Origin: Bacteroidales bacterium
Lineage (GTDB): Bacteria; Bacteroidota; Bacteroidia; Bacteroidales; UBA932
Direction: 5' to 3'
Length of the DNA: 64,000 bases
Assembly (NCBI GenBank): GCA_017546585.1
Contig: JAFYWC010000098.1
Span: 360 to 64,359 of the forward strand
A program made the position numbers and the translations under genes. Below the pieces are notes generated by a model. That model was not told where the DNA came from and did not search any database. It saw nothing but the letters and a program-made list of their open reading frames with translations. Below, one piece after another: positions 17,662-26,731 of the stretch; the stretch's first letter is position 1; the number at the start of each line of letters is the position of its first letter.

Positions 17662-20196
17662 ATGAACAAAAAAACTATTCTCGCAGCTCTTGCCGTATTC
17701 AGCTTCGGCATAGCCTGCACCAATTCAGAGCCAGAAGTTGAGGAGACAGTATCACAGAAGATCACTGCTTCGCTGGTGGATAACGGTTCTGCTGCAAAGT
17801 GGGCCAAGACAGATGTGATCGGTGTCTATACTGATAAGTCTGAGAACAATGTGAAGTACACAACTTCTGCAGCGGGTACTTCAGTGGCGTTCACTGCCTC
17901 GACTGAGGTGAAGGGTGCGCCTGCATATGCGTACTATCCTTATAGCAGTGACAATGCTTCAAAGAAAGCTACTGGTCTTGAGGGAGTGCTTGCTCAGGAT
18001 CAGACCGCTGGTGCTGCTGATTACCGTTACGGTACTCAGACAGGTACTGACAGCAACGGTGATGCGACATTCCAGTTCCGTAGTATGTTCTCTGTTGTTG
18101 ATTTCGCTGCAGATCTTTCTGGCAGTGCACTCAATGGACAGAATGTAGTAAGCTACATCTGTAAGGTTACACGCAATGGAGCAGAGGTTCCTGTTGTAGG
18201 TTCGTTTACTTTCAACGCTGCTGACGGCTCTTACAGTGTTAAATCTTCATATAATGAGTTCATCACTGCAGGTCGCGCGGTTGTGTTCCCTACTGTAAAG
18301 GCTGGTGACATTCTTGAGGTTACCGTTTGTACAGCTGAGGCTTCTGCAACTGTTACTCTCCCTGTTGAGGGAGATGTGGCAGCTGGTGGTTACTACCAGG
18401 TCACTGTTCCAGTTGTAGATGCAGAGGTTGATGACGAACCAGTGGTTGTTGGTACTCCAGAACTTACTGCTCTTAGCTTTACTGCAGCTGCTAACCCAGG
18501 AAAGATTCTCGCGAAGGAGCTTTATTATGATGCAAAGGGCAGCAATGGCATATGGACTAAGAATAGAGCAGTAGAGGCTCAGGTGATGACTATTGCCGAT
18601 GGAGAGATCAGCGGATGTATCCCTTACCTTCATAACCGTGCTCTTGTTCCTTCATTCGAGTACACTAAAGGCGCTTCTATCCAGTATAGCTATGACGGCG
18701 GTTCGAACTTCTCTGAATGGGACGGTGTTTCAGCTATCGAGTTCTATGCTGGTACAGTGATCCGTGTTGCAGCAGGCGAGAAGTATTCAGACTATGTCTG
18801 CAACATCACCAACACAGGTCTTCCTGTAGTTGTAATTGATCAGCCAAACGGTGACACTTCTTGGCCACAGGTTGGTGAGTATGTTTGGTCTAAGGATACA
18901 GACTTTGATAATGTTACTCCTGGTGTGATTACAGTGTACAATGCAGATGGTACTGTTAACCTCGCTGCTGCGACAGCGATGACTCGCCTCCGCGGAAATA
19001 CCTCAAAGAACTTCCCTAAGAAGCCTTTCGCTGTTAAGCTTGACAAGAAGGCGTCTGTTTTGGGAATGGCTAAACACAAGAGATGGGTGCTTCTTGCAAA
19101 CTGGAAGGATAAGTCTCTTATGCGTAATCACGTAGCTTTCGGAATCGCTCAGAAGTTTACTGAGAAGTTCAAGAATAACGCTAACCCTGGTATTCCTTGG
19201 AATGTGCACGGTGAGTTCGTGGAACTCGTGTACAATGGTGTTCACGTAGGTAACTACTATCTCTGTGAGCAGATCAAGATTGATGAGAATCGCCTTGACA
19301 TCAAGGATGAGTATGATGGAGGTTCTACTTCTGACCTCAATGCATATGGTTACCTTATGGAGTGCGATGACTACTATGATGAGGCTAGCAAGTTTGTGAC
19401 ACGTCACTATATTCCTTTCCAGTTCAAGGATGATACTGACGCCGGCAATGTTATCGTTAACTATGTGAAGAATAAGGTGCAGGGTATCGAGGATAACCTC
19501 TATAACGGAAAGTACTCTACAGCTTACAATGATTTCGATATCTATTCGTTCGCAGACTATCTCCTCATCAATGAGCTTGCGATGAACTCTGAGATCGGAC
19601 ACCCACGAAGCTTCTATGTGTATATGAACGGTACAGGTAAGCTTTGTGCAGGTCCTGTATGGGATTTCGACTGGCAGGCATTCCCTATCAATGACGGCGT
19701 GAAGAAGCTTGACTCATCTTGGGATAGAAGCTACACTCAGTCACTTATGGCAACTGCGAGCCACAAGAACAAGCATTACAGATACCAGCCACTTTTCGGT
19801 AGCGGTATGCCATCAGCTCCTAAGACAGACGATGTGCCGTATATGTGGTATCCAATGCTCGTGAAGGATGCGACTTTCAAGAATGTACTTGCTGAGCGTT
19901 GGTCTGCAATCAGCGGTGAGCTTTCAGCAATCGCGTATGACCTCGTAGTGGAGACTGGTAAGCAGATCGCTCTCTCGTGGGAGTACAACAATGCGATGTG
20001 GCCAGCATATTACAGCAGCAACTGTGACCGTCAGGCAGCATTCAGCGGCGGATTCTGCGGCGATGAGCTCCTTACTAACTTCGAGGATATCTATGAGGGC
20101 CTTTATGGAGCATACATTGACCGTCTCAACGGAATGGACTCTTTCGTAACTAAGAAGAACTGGCCTTCGTGGTCAATCTCAGTTAAGAGATGGTAA
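17662..20196 (+). CDS. Fimbrillin-family lipoprotein fused to a CotH kinase-like domain (paralog 3)
   Basis: Lipobox GIAC, WAKTDVIGVY, YAYYPY; same CotH motifs; lacks the TK/TR segment. Confidence 0.85.
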   Translation: MNKKTILAALAVFSFGIACTNSEPEVEETVSQKITASLVDNGSAAKWAKTDVIGVYTDKSENNVKYTTSAAGTSVAFTASTEVKGAPAYAYYPYSSDNASKKATGLEGVLAQDQTAGAADYRYGTQTGTDSNGDATFQFRSMFSVVDFAADLSGSALNGQNVVSYICKVTRNGAEVPVVGSFTFNAADGSYSVKSSYNEFITAGRAVVFPTVKAGDILEVTVCTAEASATVTLPVEGDVAAGGYYQVTVPVVDAEVDDEPVVVGTPELTALSFTAAANPGKILAKELYYDAKGSNGIWTKNRAVEAQVMTIADGEISGCIPYLHNRALVPSFEYTKGASIQYSYDGGSNFSEWDGVSAIEFYAGTVIRVAAGEKYSDYVCNITNTGLPVVVIDQPNGDTSWPQVGEYVWSKDTDFDNVTPGVITVYNADGTVNLAAATAMTRLRGNTSKNFPKKPFAVKLDKKASVLGMAKHKRWVLLANWKDKSLMRNHVAFGIAQKFTEKFKNNANPGIPWNVHGEFVELVYNGVHVGNYYLCEQIKIDENRLDIKDEYDGGSTSDLNAYGYLMECDDYYDEASKFVTRHYIPFQFKDDTDAGNVIVNYVKNKVQGIEDNLYNGKYSTAYNDFDIYSFADYLLINELAMNSEIGHPRSFYVYMNGTGKLCAGPVWDFDWQAFPINDGVKKLDSSWDRSYTQSLMATASHKNKHYRYQPLFGSGMPSAPKTDDVPYMWYPMLVKDATFKNVLAERWSAISGELSAIAYDLVVETGKQIALSWEYNNAMWPAYYSSNCDRQAAFSGGFCGDELLTNFEDIYEGLYGAYIDRLNGMDSFVTKKNWPSWSISVKRW

Positions 20197-20237
20197 GACT
20201 TTTCCCGGCTAGCCCGTGGAAATGACGATAATTGTTT

Positions 20238-20271
20238 AGACCTCTGTGACTCTGTCGCAGGGGTCTTTTGT
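20238..20271 (+). terminator. Intrinsic terminator ending the pilin cluster
   Basis: GACCTCTGTGAC-TCT-GTCGCAGGGGTC followed by TTTTG. Confidence 0.7.
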
Positions 20272-20297
20272 TGGTGGATAATTGCTATCTTTGCGGA

Positions 20298-21218
20298 ATG
20301 TTTGGACGTATTGTGACATATGTGATCGCGGGCCTGCTGCTGGTGTCCTGCAACCCTGGGGTTTTCATTGAGCCTCTGGATGTTGCGAGGGCGGAGTATG
20401 ACGTACCGTTCTATGGCGGTACAGTGGAGATCGATGTCACGCACGGCGACTGGGAACTGGATAGGGTAGCGTACGACAATATCGATCTGGGGTTTGTGGA
20501 GGATGCGGACGGTGTGCTGTGGCACGAGGACAATTTCATACGTCTGCATATCTCACGCCCACAGCCTTCTAAGCTGTGGGTCACTATTGACGATTCTGTG
20601 AATCCTGAGGCTGGTCTGATCGAGATTTTCATTAAGAACGATTATGAGGCCGAGGTTGTCACCGTCAATGTGTCTCCTTGCGGTGGCTATGCTTTCTCAC
20701 ATATAGAATATGGTGATGTTCAGATGCTTACACCTTCTGATGCATATGAGGAGGGCTGGCGCAAAAGCGTGAAGAACAGCACTTCTTCGCCGCTGAACCA
20801 GATCTTCGATGTGTTCGAAGGGGGAGCGTCCAGGACAGTGTTTTTCCCTGCTGCGACGGTGGTGTCTGCGGATATGCCGTATGCGGCGTGGTATGATACG
20901 TTGATGCAGTATCTGGACGGTGAGTCCTTTGAGGTGCCGGTGCCGGATGCGCTGCCGGTGGATGGCTCGCTTACCTTCTCTGGCGAGGAGGTGGAGTTCG
21001 GATATTCGGCTATGGAAATCCCTATGCCGGAGCTCGATGAGCAGGCTACGCTGGCTCTTGCACCGGGCGTGAACGAGGTGAGGATGATGTGGGGATATGT
21101 GGAGTATAAGGTGCCGTATGTTCTTACGTTTTCACATTCTGGAGGCGGTCGTGATCTGACTGTCCGCGGTGAGTTCACGAGCAAGGCATACAATGGAAAA
21201 TGGAGGGCTGAACTATGA
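20298..21218 (+). CDS. Hypothetical lipoprotein
   Basis: Start MFGRIV, lipobox LVSC; TATCTTTG at 20286-20293 immediately upstream. Confidence 0.75.
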   Translation: MFGRIVTYVIAGLLLVSCNPGVFIEPLDVARAEYDVPFYGGTVEIDVTHGDWELDRVAYDNIDLGFVEDADGVLWHEDNFIRLHISRPQPSKLWVTIDDSVNPEAGLIEIFIKNDYEAEVVTVNVSPCGGYAFSHIEYGDVQMLTPSDAYEEGWRKSVKNSTSSPLNQIFDVFEGGASRTVFFPAATVVSADMPYAAWYDTLMQYLDGESFEVPVPDALPVDGSLTFSGEEVEFGYSAMEIPMPELDEQATLALAPGVNEVRMMWGYVEYKVPYVLTFSHSGGGRDLTVRGEFTSKAYNGKWRAEL

Positions 21219-22480
21219 TGAGGTTGCGCTGTATCCTTTCCGTTCTGCTTTGCTGTGTGTCTTGTTATGTTGCTAAGGCTCAGGTAGATAGCACGACCGT
21301 CGTACATCGTGTGAGTTTCGATTACAGGCCTGCAGTGCCGACTCAGCATCACGATTTCTTGAGAGGCGGAGACGGCGCTTCAAAGCCGTTGACAGCCTCT
21401 GCGTCTGTGCATCTGCAGTACTCGTTCCAGTTTCCGGAGGGTTCGCGTCTGAGGGAGATGATGCCGACAGCATATCAGGGTATCGGAGGTGCGAAATATA
21501 CGTTTTTCAATCATAAGGATTTCGGAACTCCTGCGGCATTGTATGTGTTCCAGGGTGCTCAGATCGCACAGTTGGCCCGCAATCTGTCGCTTGATTATGA
21601 GTGGAATTTCGGAGTGTCTGCGGGTTGGCATCAGAATCTTGTAGTCAGCACGAAAGTGAATGCGTACATCAATCTCGGACTGATGCTTTCGTGGCGTCCG
21701 GCTATGAGTTGGCGCATTTTCGCCGGTCTGGATATGACGCATTTTTCCAACGGTGATACGACTCTCCCGAATGTGGGAATGAACACCATCGGTGCACGTG
21801 TCGGTGTGCTCAGGATGTTCGAATCTGACGTGCCTTCAAAGCTTGCGGATCTTCCTGATTGGGGCTTCTGCGGCGACCTCGGAAGATATGCTGAGAGGGG
21901 TCTTGGCGGGTCGGTTGAGAGTGGTAATGACAGTGCTCGCCAGAGCGCCGGGATGTCTGGTGCAAAGCCTTGGTATACAGATGTTTGGAATCGAACTGTC
22001 ATTGATGTGATTCTTTGTGGAAACACCAATGCAGAGACTCTGAATTACAAGGATAGGGAGTATAAATTGGATGGAAAATTTGCTGTGGTAGCTTTTCATC
22101 TGAATCCGCTTTATCGTGTCACCCGCAATTTCCTTGTGGGTCCTTCCATCGACGTCCAGTATAACGAGGGAGTGAACTTGGTCTATAACGTGGCCGGTGT
22201 CAATCCTGTCACTGACGTCATCAAGTTCCATAGGCCTCCGCTCGCTCAACAGCTCGCTGCCGGCCTTTCCCTCCGCGCCGAGCTTCAGGCTCCGGTCTTC
22301 GCGGTCAACATCGGTATCGGCCACAATGTCATCTACAAGGGTCCCGAGCTCGGCGGCTTCTATTATCTCGCCGTCCTCAAAACCTTCGTCGCGCACGACC
22401 TCTTCCTCCACGTCGGTCTCAAGATCTGCGACACGGAATCCTCCAACAACCTCCTCCTCGGCCTCGGCTATCGCTTCTAG
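21215..22480 (+). CDS. Acyloxyacyl hydrolase / PagL-like outer-membrane beta-barrel
   Basis: Signal peptide, amphipathic strands, THFSNG...PNVGMN PagL-type motif, terminal GLGYRF. Confidence 0.75.
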   Translation: MMRLRCILSVLLCCVSCYVAKAQVDSTTVVHRVSFDYRPAVPTQHHDFLRGGDGASKPLTASASVHLQYSFQFPEGSRLREMMPTAYQGIGGAKYTFFNHKDFGTPAALYVFQGAQIAQLARNLSLDYEWNFGVSAGWHQNLVVSTKVNAYINLGLMLSWRPAMSWRIFAGLDMTHFSNGDTTLPNVGMNTIGARVGVLRMFESDVPSKLADLPDWGFCGDLGRYAERGLGGSVESGNDSARQSAGMSGAKPWYTDVWNRTVIDVILCGNTNAETLNYKDREYKLDGKFAVVAFHLNPLYRVTRNFLVGPSIDVQYNEGVNLVYNVAGVNPVTDVIKFHRPPLAQQLAAGLSLRAELQAPVFAVNIGIGHNVIYKGPELGGFYYLAVLKTFVAHDLFLHVGLKICDTESSNNLLLGLGYRF

Positions 22481-22591
22481 CATAAAAATGCCGGGAACCG
22501 TAGATCACTCCAGGGCCCCGGCGGCTATGAATTTGATTTTGATGTGTGTGCTATGAGTTTCATCATAACCTGATGCAAAGGTCCAAACAAA

Positions 22592-22620
22592 TATCCGCGT
22601 AACAAAAAAGTACGCGGATA
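22592..22620. terminator. Hairpin between convergent genes
   Basis: Perfect 10-bp arms TATCCGCGTA / TACGCGGATA. Confidence 0.55.
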
Positions 22621-22721
22621 ATTTTCAAAATCTATGTTCTACGCTGCTGTAAGCCCGATTTTTCTTCAAAAATTTGTTCAACTTTTTATAAAAATCAAAC
22701 AAATTTCCAGACGCTTCAGCC

Positions 22722-23411
22722 CTAAAATCTCAGAAGCCGCATCTCAGGAGCGACGCGGTACGGTGTGCTGCGGATGAAAAGGAGCCACTGTGCGAGGAAA
22801 TACGAGAGAAGGACGAGGTAGTGGCGGTATGGGACCGGCTCCACGAACTTGTTCCACGCGAGGATGAAGTCGGAGAAAACGAAGAGGACGGCTCCGAGTG
22901 CATAGAGGCTGCTGCGCTGGAGCAGGGCAGCGACGAGCATTGTGCTGATGACGCAGGCGTAGATGCAGACACCGGTGCTGATGATGCCGGCTTCAGCCAG
23001 AGGCGCGATGCGCGTGAATACGACCAAAAGCAGGGAGATGACGCAGAATGCCACCATCGAAAGGTATCCCTTCGCCTTGAGGCTGAGCTTCCTGTCACGC
23101 TCGACTTTCTTCAGGTAGCGCTCAGCGAAAAACCAGATGTAGAATACGTGGCTGACTGTGAAGAACCCCATCTGTCCCAGGAAGTTACTGCACGATCCCA
23201 TAAAGTCGCCCATTGCCGAGAAAAGGAGCGCGAGCGTGATCTGCCAAGGGCAGAGCCAGAGCGATGCGAGGGTCAGAAGTCCCACAGGAACAGTCACTTT
23301 GTGAGGTAGTTCGATAGGGAGGAAGAAAAGTACCGAAACAGCCAGGAAGAGGCCTGTCGCACCAAGGGCGAAAGGTCCGGTGAGTCTGTCGTTGAGTCTG
23401 AAAACAGCCAT
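22722..23411 (-). CDS. YhhN-family (lysoplasmalogenase-like) membrane protein
   Basis: Multi-TM; LLFSAMGD...GMGFF...HVFY and GAVLFVFSDFILAWNKF motifs. Confidence 0.85.
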   Translation of the reverse strand: MAVFRLNDRLTGPFALGATGLFLAVSVLFFLPIELPHKVTVPVGLLTLASLWLCPWQITLALLFSAMGDFMGSCSNFLGQMGFFTVSHVFYIWFFAERYLKKVERDRKLSLKAKGYLSMVAFCVISLLLVVFTRIAPLAEAGIISTGVCIYACVISTMLVAALLQRSSLYALGAVLFVFSDFILAWNKFVEPVPYRHYLVLLSYFLAQWLLFIRSTPYRVAPEMRLLRF

Positions 23412-23723
23412 ATCCAGTGCAATTTTCGGCTAATATAGCAAATTTCCATTACACCGAATAATCAGCATTCCTGTTTCATTTTGTAAGCACGTCCCCGTGA
23501 AGTATGACGATTTCGCCGATTTTGCACCTGAATATGTGGAAAAATATAGTGTGAAATCCCTGTCTGTCGCTGCTGAAATTTGGATTTTCGGCAAATATTT
23601 ATAAACTTTGTAGTTCGGGTTAGCGTATACTACCCGAAACTATAACCAGTTTAGTGTGTAGTGTAGCATACTAAGAAAGAAAAAATTCAAATTTTATATG
23701 TTTAACAACTAAAAGTAACTACT

Positions 23724-26705
23724 ATGAGAAAAATCAAACTATTTCTCACAGCGTTAGCAGTAATGGTCTCTACTCTGGCCTTTGCCCAGAAGATGACAGT
23801 TACTGGAAATGTGACTGACGCCTCTAATGGCGAGCCGGTTCCTTCCGCTTTTGTTTACGAGAAGGGTACAATGAACGGTGTCACTACTGACGTTAACGGA
23901 CATTACTCTATTTCAGTTCCTAAGAACGGAATCCTTGTATTCTCGTCTATCGGTTACAAGGAAGTAGAGGTTGCTGTTGAAGGCAAGGCTCAGGTGAACT
24001 GTGACCTTCCTGTTGATTCTGAAGTTCTTGAAAGTGCTGTGGCAGTGGGCTACGGTTCTGCAAAGAAGGTAGGAACAATGGTAGGTTCGGTGACAACTGT
24101 GAAGTCTGAGGCGCTCAAGAACGCTCCTTCATCATCTGCTCTCGACGCTCTCCAGGGACAGGTTGCAGGTCTCGCCGTTATGACCACTGGTGGTGTTGCC
24201 GGTGACAACAACGTGTCTATGACCCTCCACGGTGTGGGATCGCTCGGTTCAAGCTCGACTCCTCTCTACATCATCGACGGTGTACAGGCATCAAGCAGCT
24301 CGATTATGTCAATGAACCCTAATGACATCGCTTCGATCTCTATCCTCAAGGATGCGTCTGCAACTTCAATCTACGGTTCACGTGCAGCAAACGGTGTCGT
24401 ATTCGTGACAACAAAGGCTGGTGCTTACAACAGCAGAGCTACTGTTACCGTACGTAGCCAGGCGGGTATCTCTACCCTCGCTGACTTTACAATGTACGAG
24501 AATATGATGTCGGGTCCAGAGCTTACAGACTTCCTCGTAAGATCAGGTCTGATGACTCCTCAGCAGATTTATGAGAAGTATACAAGCAAGGGTTGGACAG
24601 CTGATACAAAGTGGTATAACTACTTCCAGCAGTTCAATAACCCTCAGTTCCAGAACGATATCGCTGTCGAGGGTGGTGGAGAGAAGGTCGCTTATATGAT
24701 CGGTGCTTCACAGTATCACCAGAGAGGTACCGCTTTCGGTAACTTCTATGACAGATACACTGTACGTTCTAACGTCCAGGGTCGTCCAAAGGACTGGTTG
24801 AAGGTCGGAATGAACGTTGCTATCTCAATGGAGCAGACAGCTGGTGCAGGTTTCTGGGGTAACTCAAGCTCTACATCAAACAATACTTATGGTGGTCTTT
24901 CTTACATCAAGAACCCTCTCATCCCAGCAGTAGATGAGGAAGGAAACGTTCCTGAGGTAATGTGGGCTGACGGTAACTACAATACTAAGTACCTCATCGA
25001 TCAGCAGCCTCAGCAGACTGACTACTACAACCTCCTCGGTTCATTCAACGTGGAGATCGAGCCTTTCAAGAACTTCAAGATCGCTTCACGTGCCGGTGTT
25101 GACGCATATACTTCACGTTATGCTTACACTCTTTATCCATCAGCAGATTTCGCTGCCGGTAGCGGATCAAGAACAAGAAGGGCAGGTCTCGGATATTCTG
25201 CAACTATCACCAACACTATCGAGTACTCTTTCAACATCGGAAACGAGCATCATATTTCTGTCCTTGCCGGTCAGGAGGGTGTTACCAACTATGCTGAGCA
25301 GTTCGCTGCAAGTTCTGATGAGCTTTCAGACGATCGTCTCCTTAATCTCCAGAACGGTAAGCAGGAAACATTTGATTTGTCTGAGTCAATGAGCAAGAGC
25401 GTATTCCTTTCATTCTTCGGAAGAATGGATTACTCGCTCCTCGACAAGTACTATTTCGACGCTTCAATCCGTAACGACGCTTGTTCACGTTTCGGTGTGA
25501 ACAACAGAAACGCTACATTCTGGGCTGTCGGCGGTATGTGGAAGATCAAGGCTGAGGATTTCCTTTACTCGGTTTCTGCAGTTAACGACTTGAACTTCAA
25601 GGTGAGCTACGGTACACAGGGTAACGCATCTATCGGTGACTACCAGCACCTCGGTCTCGTTTCAGGTTCAGGTAAGTATATGGATGCAAGTGTGAAGTAT
25701 CTTGCTCGTCCACAGAGTCCAAACCTTACTTGGGAGCAGCAGGCTCTCTTCACTGTAGGTCTTAACGGCCGTCTCTTCAACAGACTCGACTTCAACGTTG
25801 AGTTCTACAACAGAACAACTACTGATATGTTGATGGACGTTCCTTACAACTACACTACTGGTGTAAGCTCATTGAAGGAAAATGTAGGTAGTCTCTCGAA
25901 TACAGGTGTCGACATCACTCTCGGCGTTGATATCCTCCAGGGTAAGGACTACTACTTGAGAGCAAGCACAACTTTCAACTACAATGATGAGAAGGTGACA
26001 TCGCTCTTCAAGGGTCTCGACAGATGGGAAATCACTGGTACAGGTCTCGCATATGTAGTTGGCGAGCCAGTAATGTTCTACGCTCCTATCTACGCAGGTA
26101 TCGATCCAGAGGACGGTGCTCCAATGTGGTACCTCCCAGGTGAGAACGTTGACGTGACTACAATGAATGAGACTACCAAGAAGTGGGATGAGGCAGGACT
26201 TACACAGAATACCGGCAAGAGATATAATCCGCCTGTATACGGTGGATTCAGCATCAACGCTGGTTGGAGAGGTTTCTCACTCCTCGCAGACTTCTCATAT
26301 GTGCTTGGTAAGACTCTCATCAACAACGATGCTTACTTCTATTCAAACCCAGCAATCTTTGCTGAGCAGAACTACCATAAGGAAGTTGCTGACTTCTGGA
26401 CTCCAGAAAACAGAGATGCTAAATTCCCTGACTGGTCAAAGGGTTATCAGATGCAGTTCGATACTCATATGTACGAGAACGCAAACTTCCTCCGTCTGAA
26501 GAACCTCCAGGTTGCATACAGCCTTCCTAAGAGATTCCTCGCAGGTCAGAACGTTCTTAACGGTATCAAGGTATCGTTTACTGGACGTAACCTTCTTACA
26601 GCAACAAAGTACTCGGGTATTGACCCAGAGGTTGACAGCAACGTTTCCCTCGGTCGTCTTGGTAACTCTAAGCAGTACCTCTTCGGTCTTGAGTTGACTT
26701 TCTAA
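23724..26705 (+). CDS. susC: SusC/RagA-family TonB-dependent transporter (1)
   Basis: N-terminal carboxypeptidase-reg-like domain, plug motif LKDASATSIYGSRAANGV, terminal GLELTF. Confidence 0.95.
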   Translation: MRKIKLFLTALAVMVSTLAFAQKMTVTGNVTDASNGEPVPSAFVYEKGTMNGVTTDVNGHYSISVPKNGILVFSSIGYKEVEVAVEGKAQVNCDLPVDSEVLESAVAVGYGSAKKVGTMVGSVTTVKSEALKNAPSSSALDALQGQVAGLAVMTTGGVAGDNNVSMTLHGVGSLGSSSTPLYIIDGVQASSSSIMSMNPNDIASISILKDASATSIYGSRAANGVVFVTTKAGAYNSRATVTVRSQAGISTLADFTMYENMMSGPELTDFLVRSGLMTPQQIYEKYTSKGWTADTKWYNYFQQFNNPQFQNDIAVEGGGEKVAYMIGASQYHQRGTAFGNFYDRYTVRSNVQGRPKDWLKVGMNVAISMEQTAGAGFWGNSSSTSNNTYGGLSYIKNPLIPAVDEEGNVPEVMWADGNYNTKYLIDQQPQQTDYYNLLGSFNVEIEPFKNFKIASRAGVDAYTSRYAYTLYPSADFAAGSGSRTRRAGLGYSATITNTIEYSFNIGNEHHISVLAGQEGVTNYAEQFAASSDELSDDRLLNLQNGKQETFDLSESMSKSVFLSFFGRMDYSLLDKYYFDASIRNDACSRFGVNNRNATFWAVGGMWKIKAEDFLYSVSAVNDLNFKVSYGTQGNASIGDYQHLGLVSGSGKYMDASVKYLARPQSPNLTWEQQALFTVGLNGRLFNRLDFNVEFYNRTTTDMLMDVPYNYTTGVSSLKENVGSLSNTGVDITLGVDILQGKDYYLRASTTFNYNDEKVTSLFKGLDRWEITGTGLAYVVGEPVMFYAPIYAGIDPEDGAPMWYLPGENVDVTTMNETTKKWDEAGLTQNTGKRYNPPVYGGFSINAGWRGFSLLADFSYVLGKTLINNDAYFYSNPAIFAEQNYHKEVADFWTPENRDAKFPDWSKGYQMQFDTHMYENANFLRLKNLQVAYSLPKRFLAGQNVLNGIKVSFTGRNLLTATKYSGIDPEVDSNVSLGRLGNSKQYLFGLELTF

Positions 26706-26731
26706 AAGAAGGGATAAACTTTTAATATGAA

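Noticed and set aside
21836-22483. 215-aa acidic antisense ORF and the many other antisense ORFs over susC/susD and housekeeping genes
   Set aside because: Shadow frames produced by the strong C-ending codon bias of the real genes.
22484-22566. Short minus-strand ORF (MMKLIAHTSKSNS) followed by a terminator, like an attenuator leader
   Set aside because: No same-strand gene lies downstream, the promoter match is imperfect, and there is no amino-acid enrichment; more simply a terminator region.
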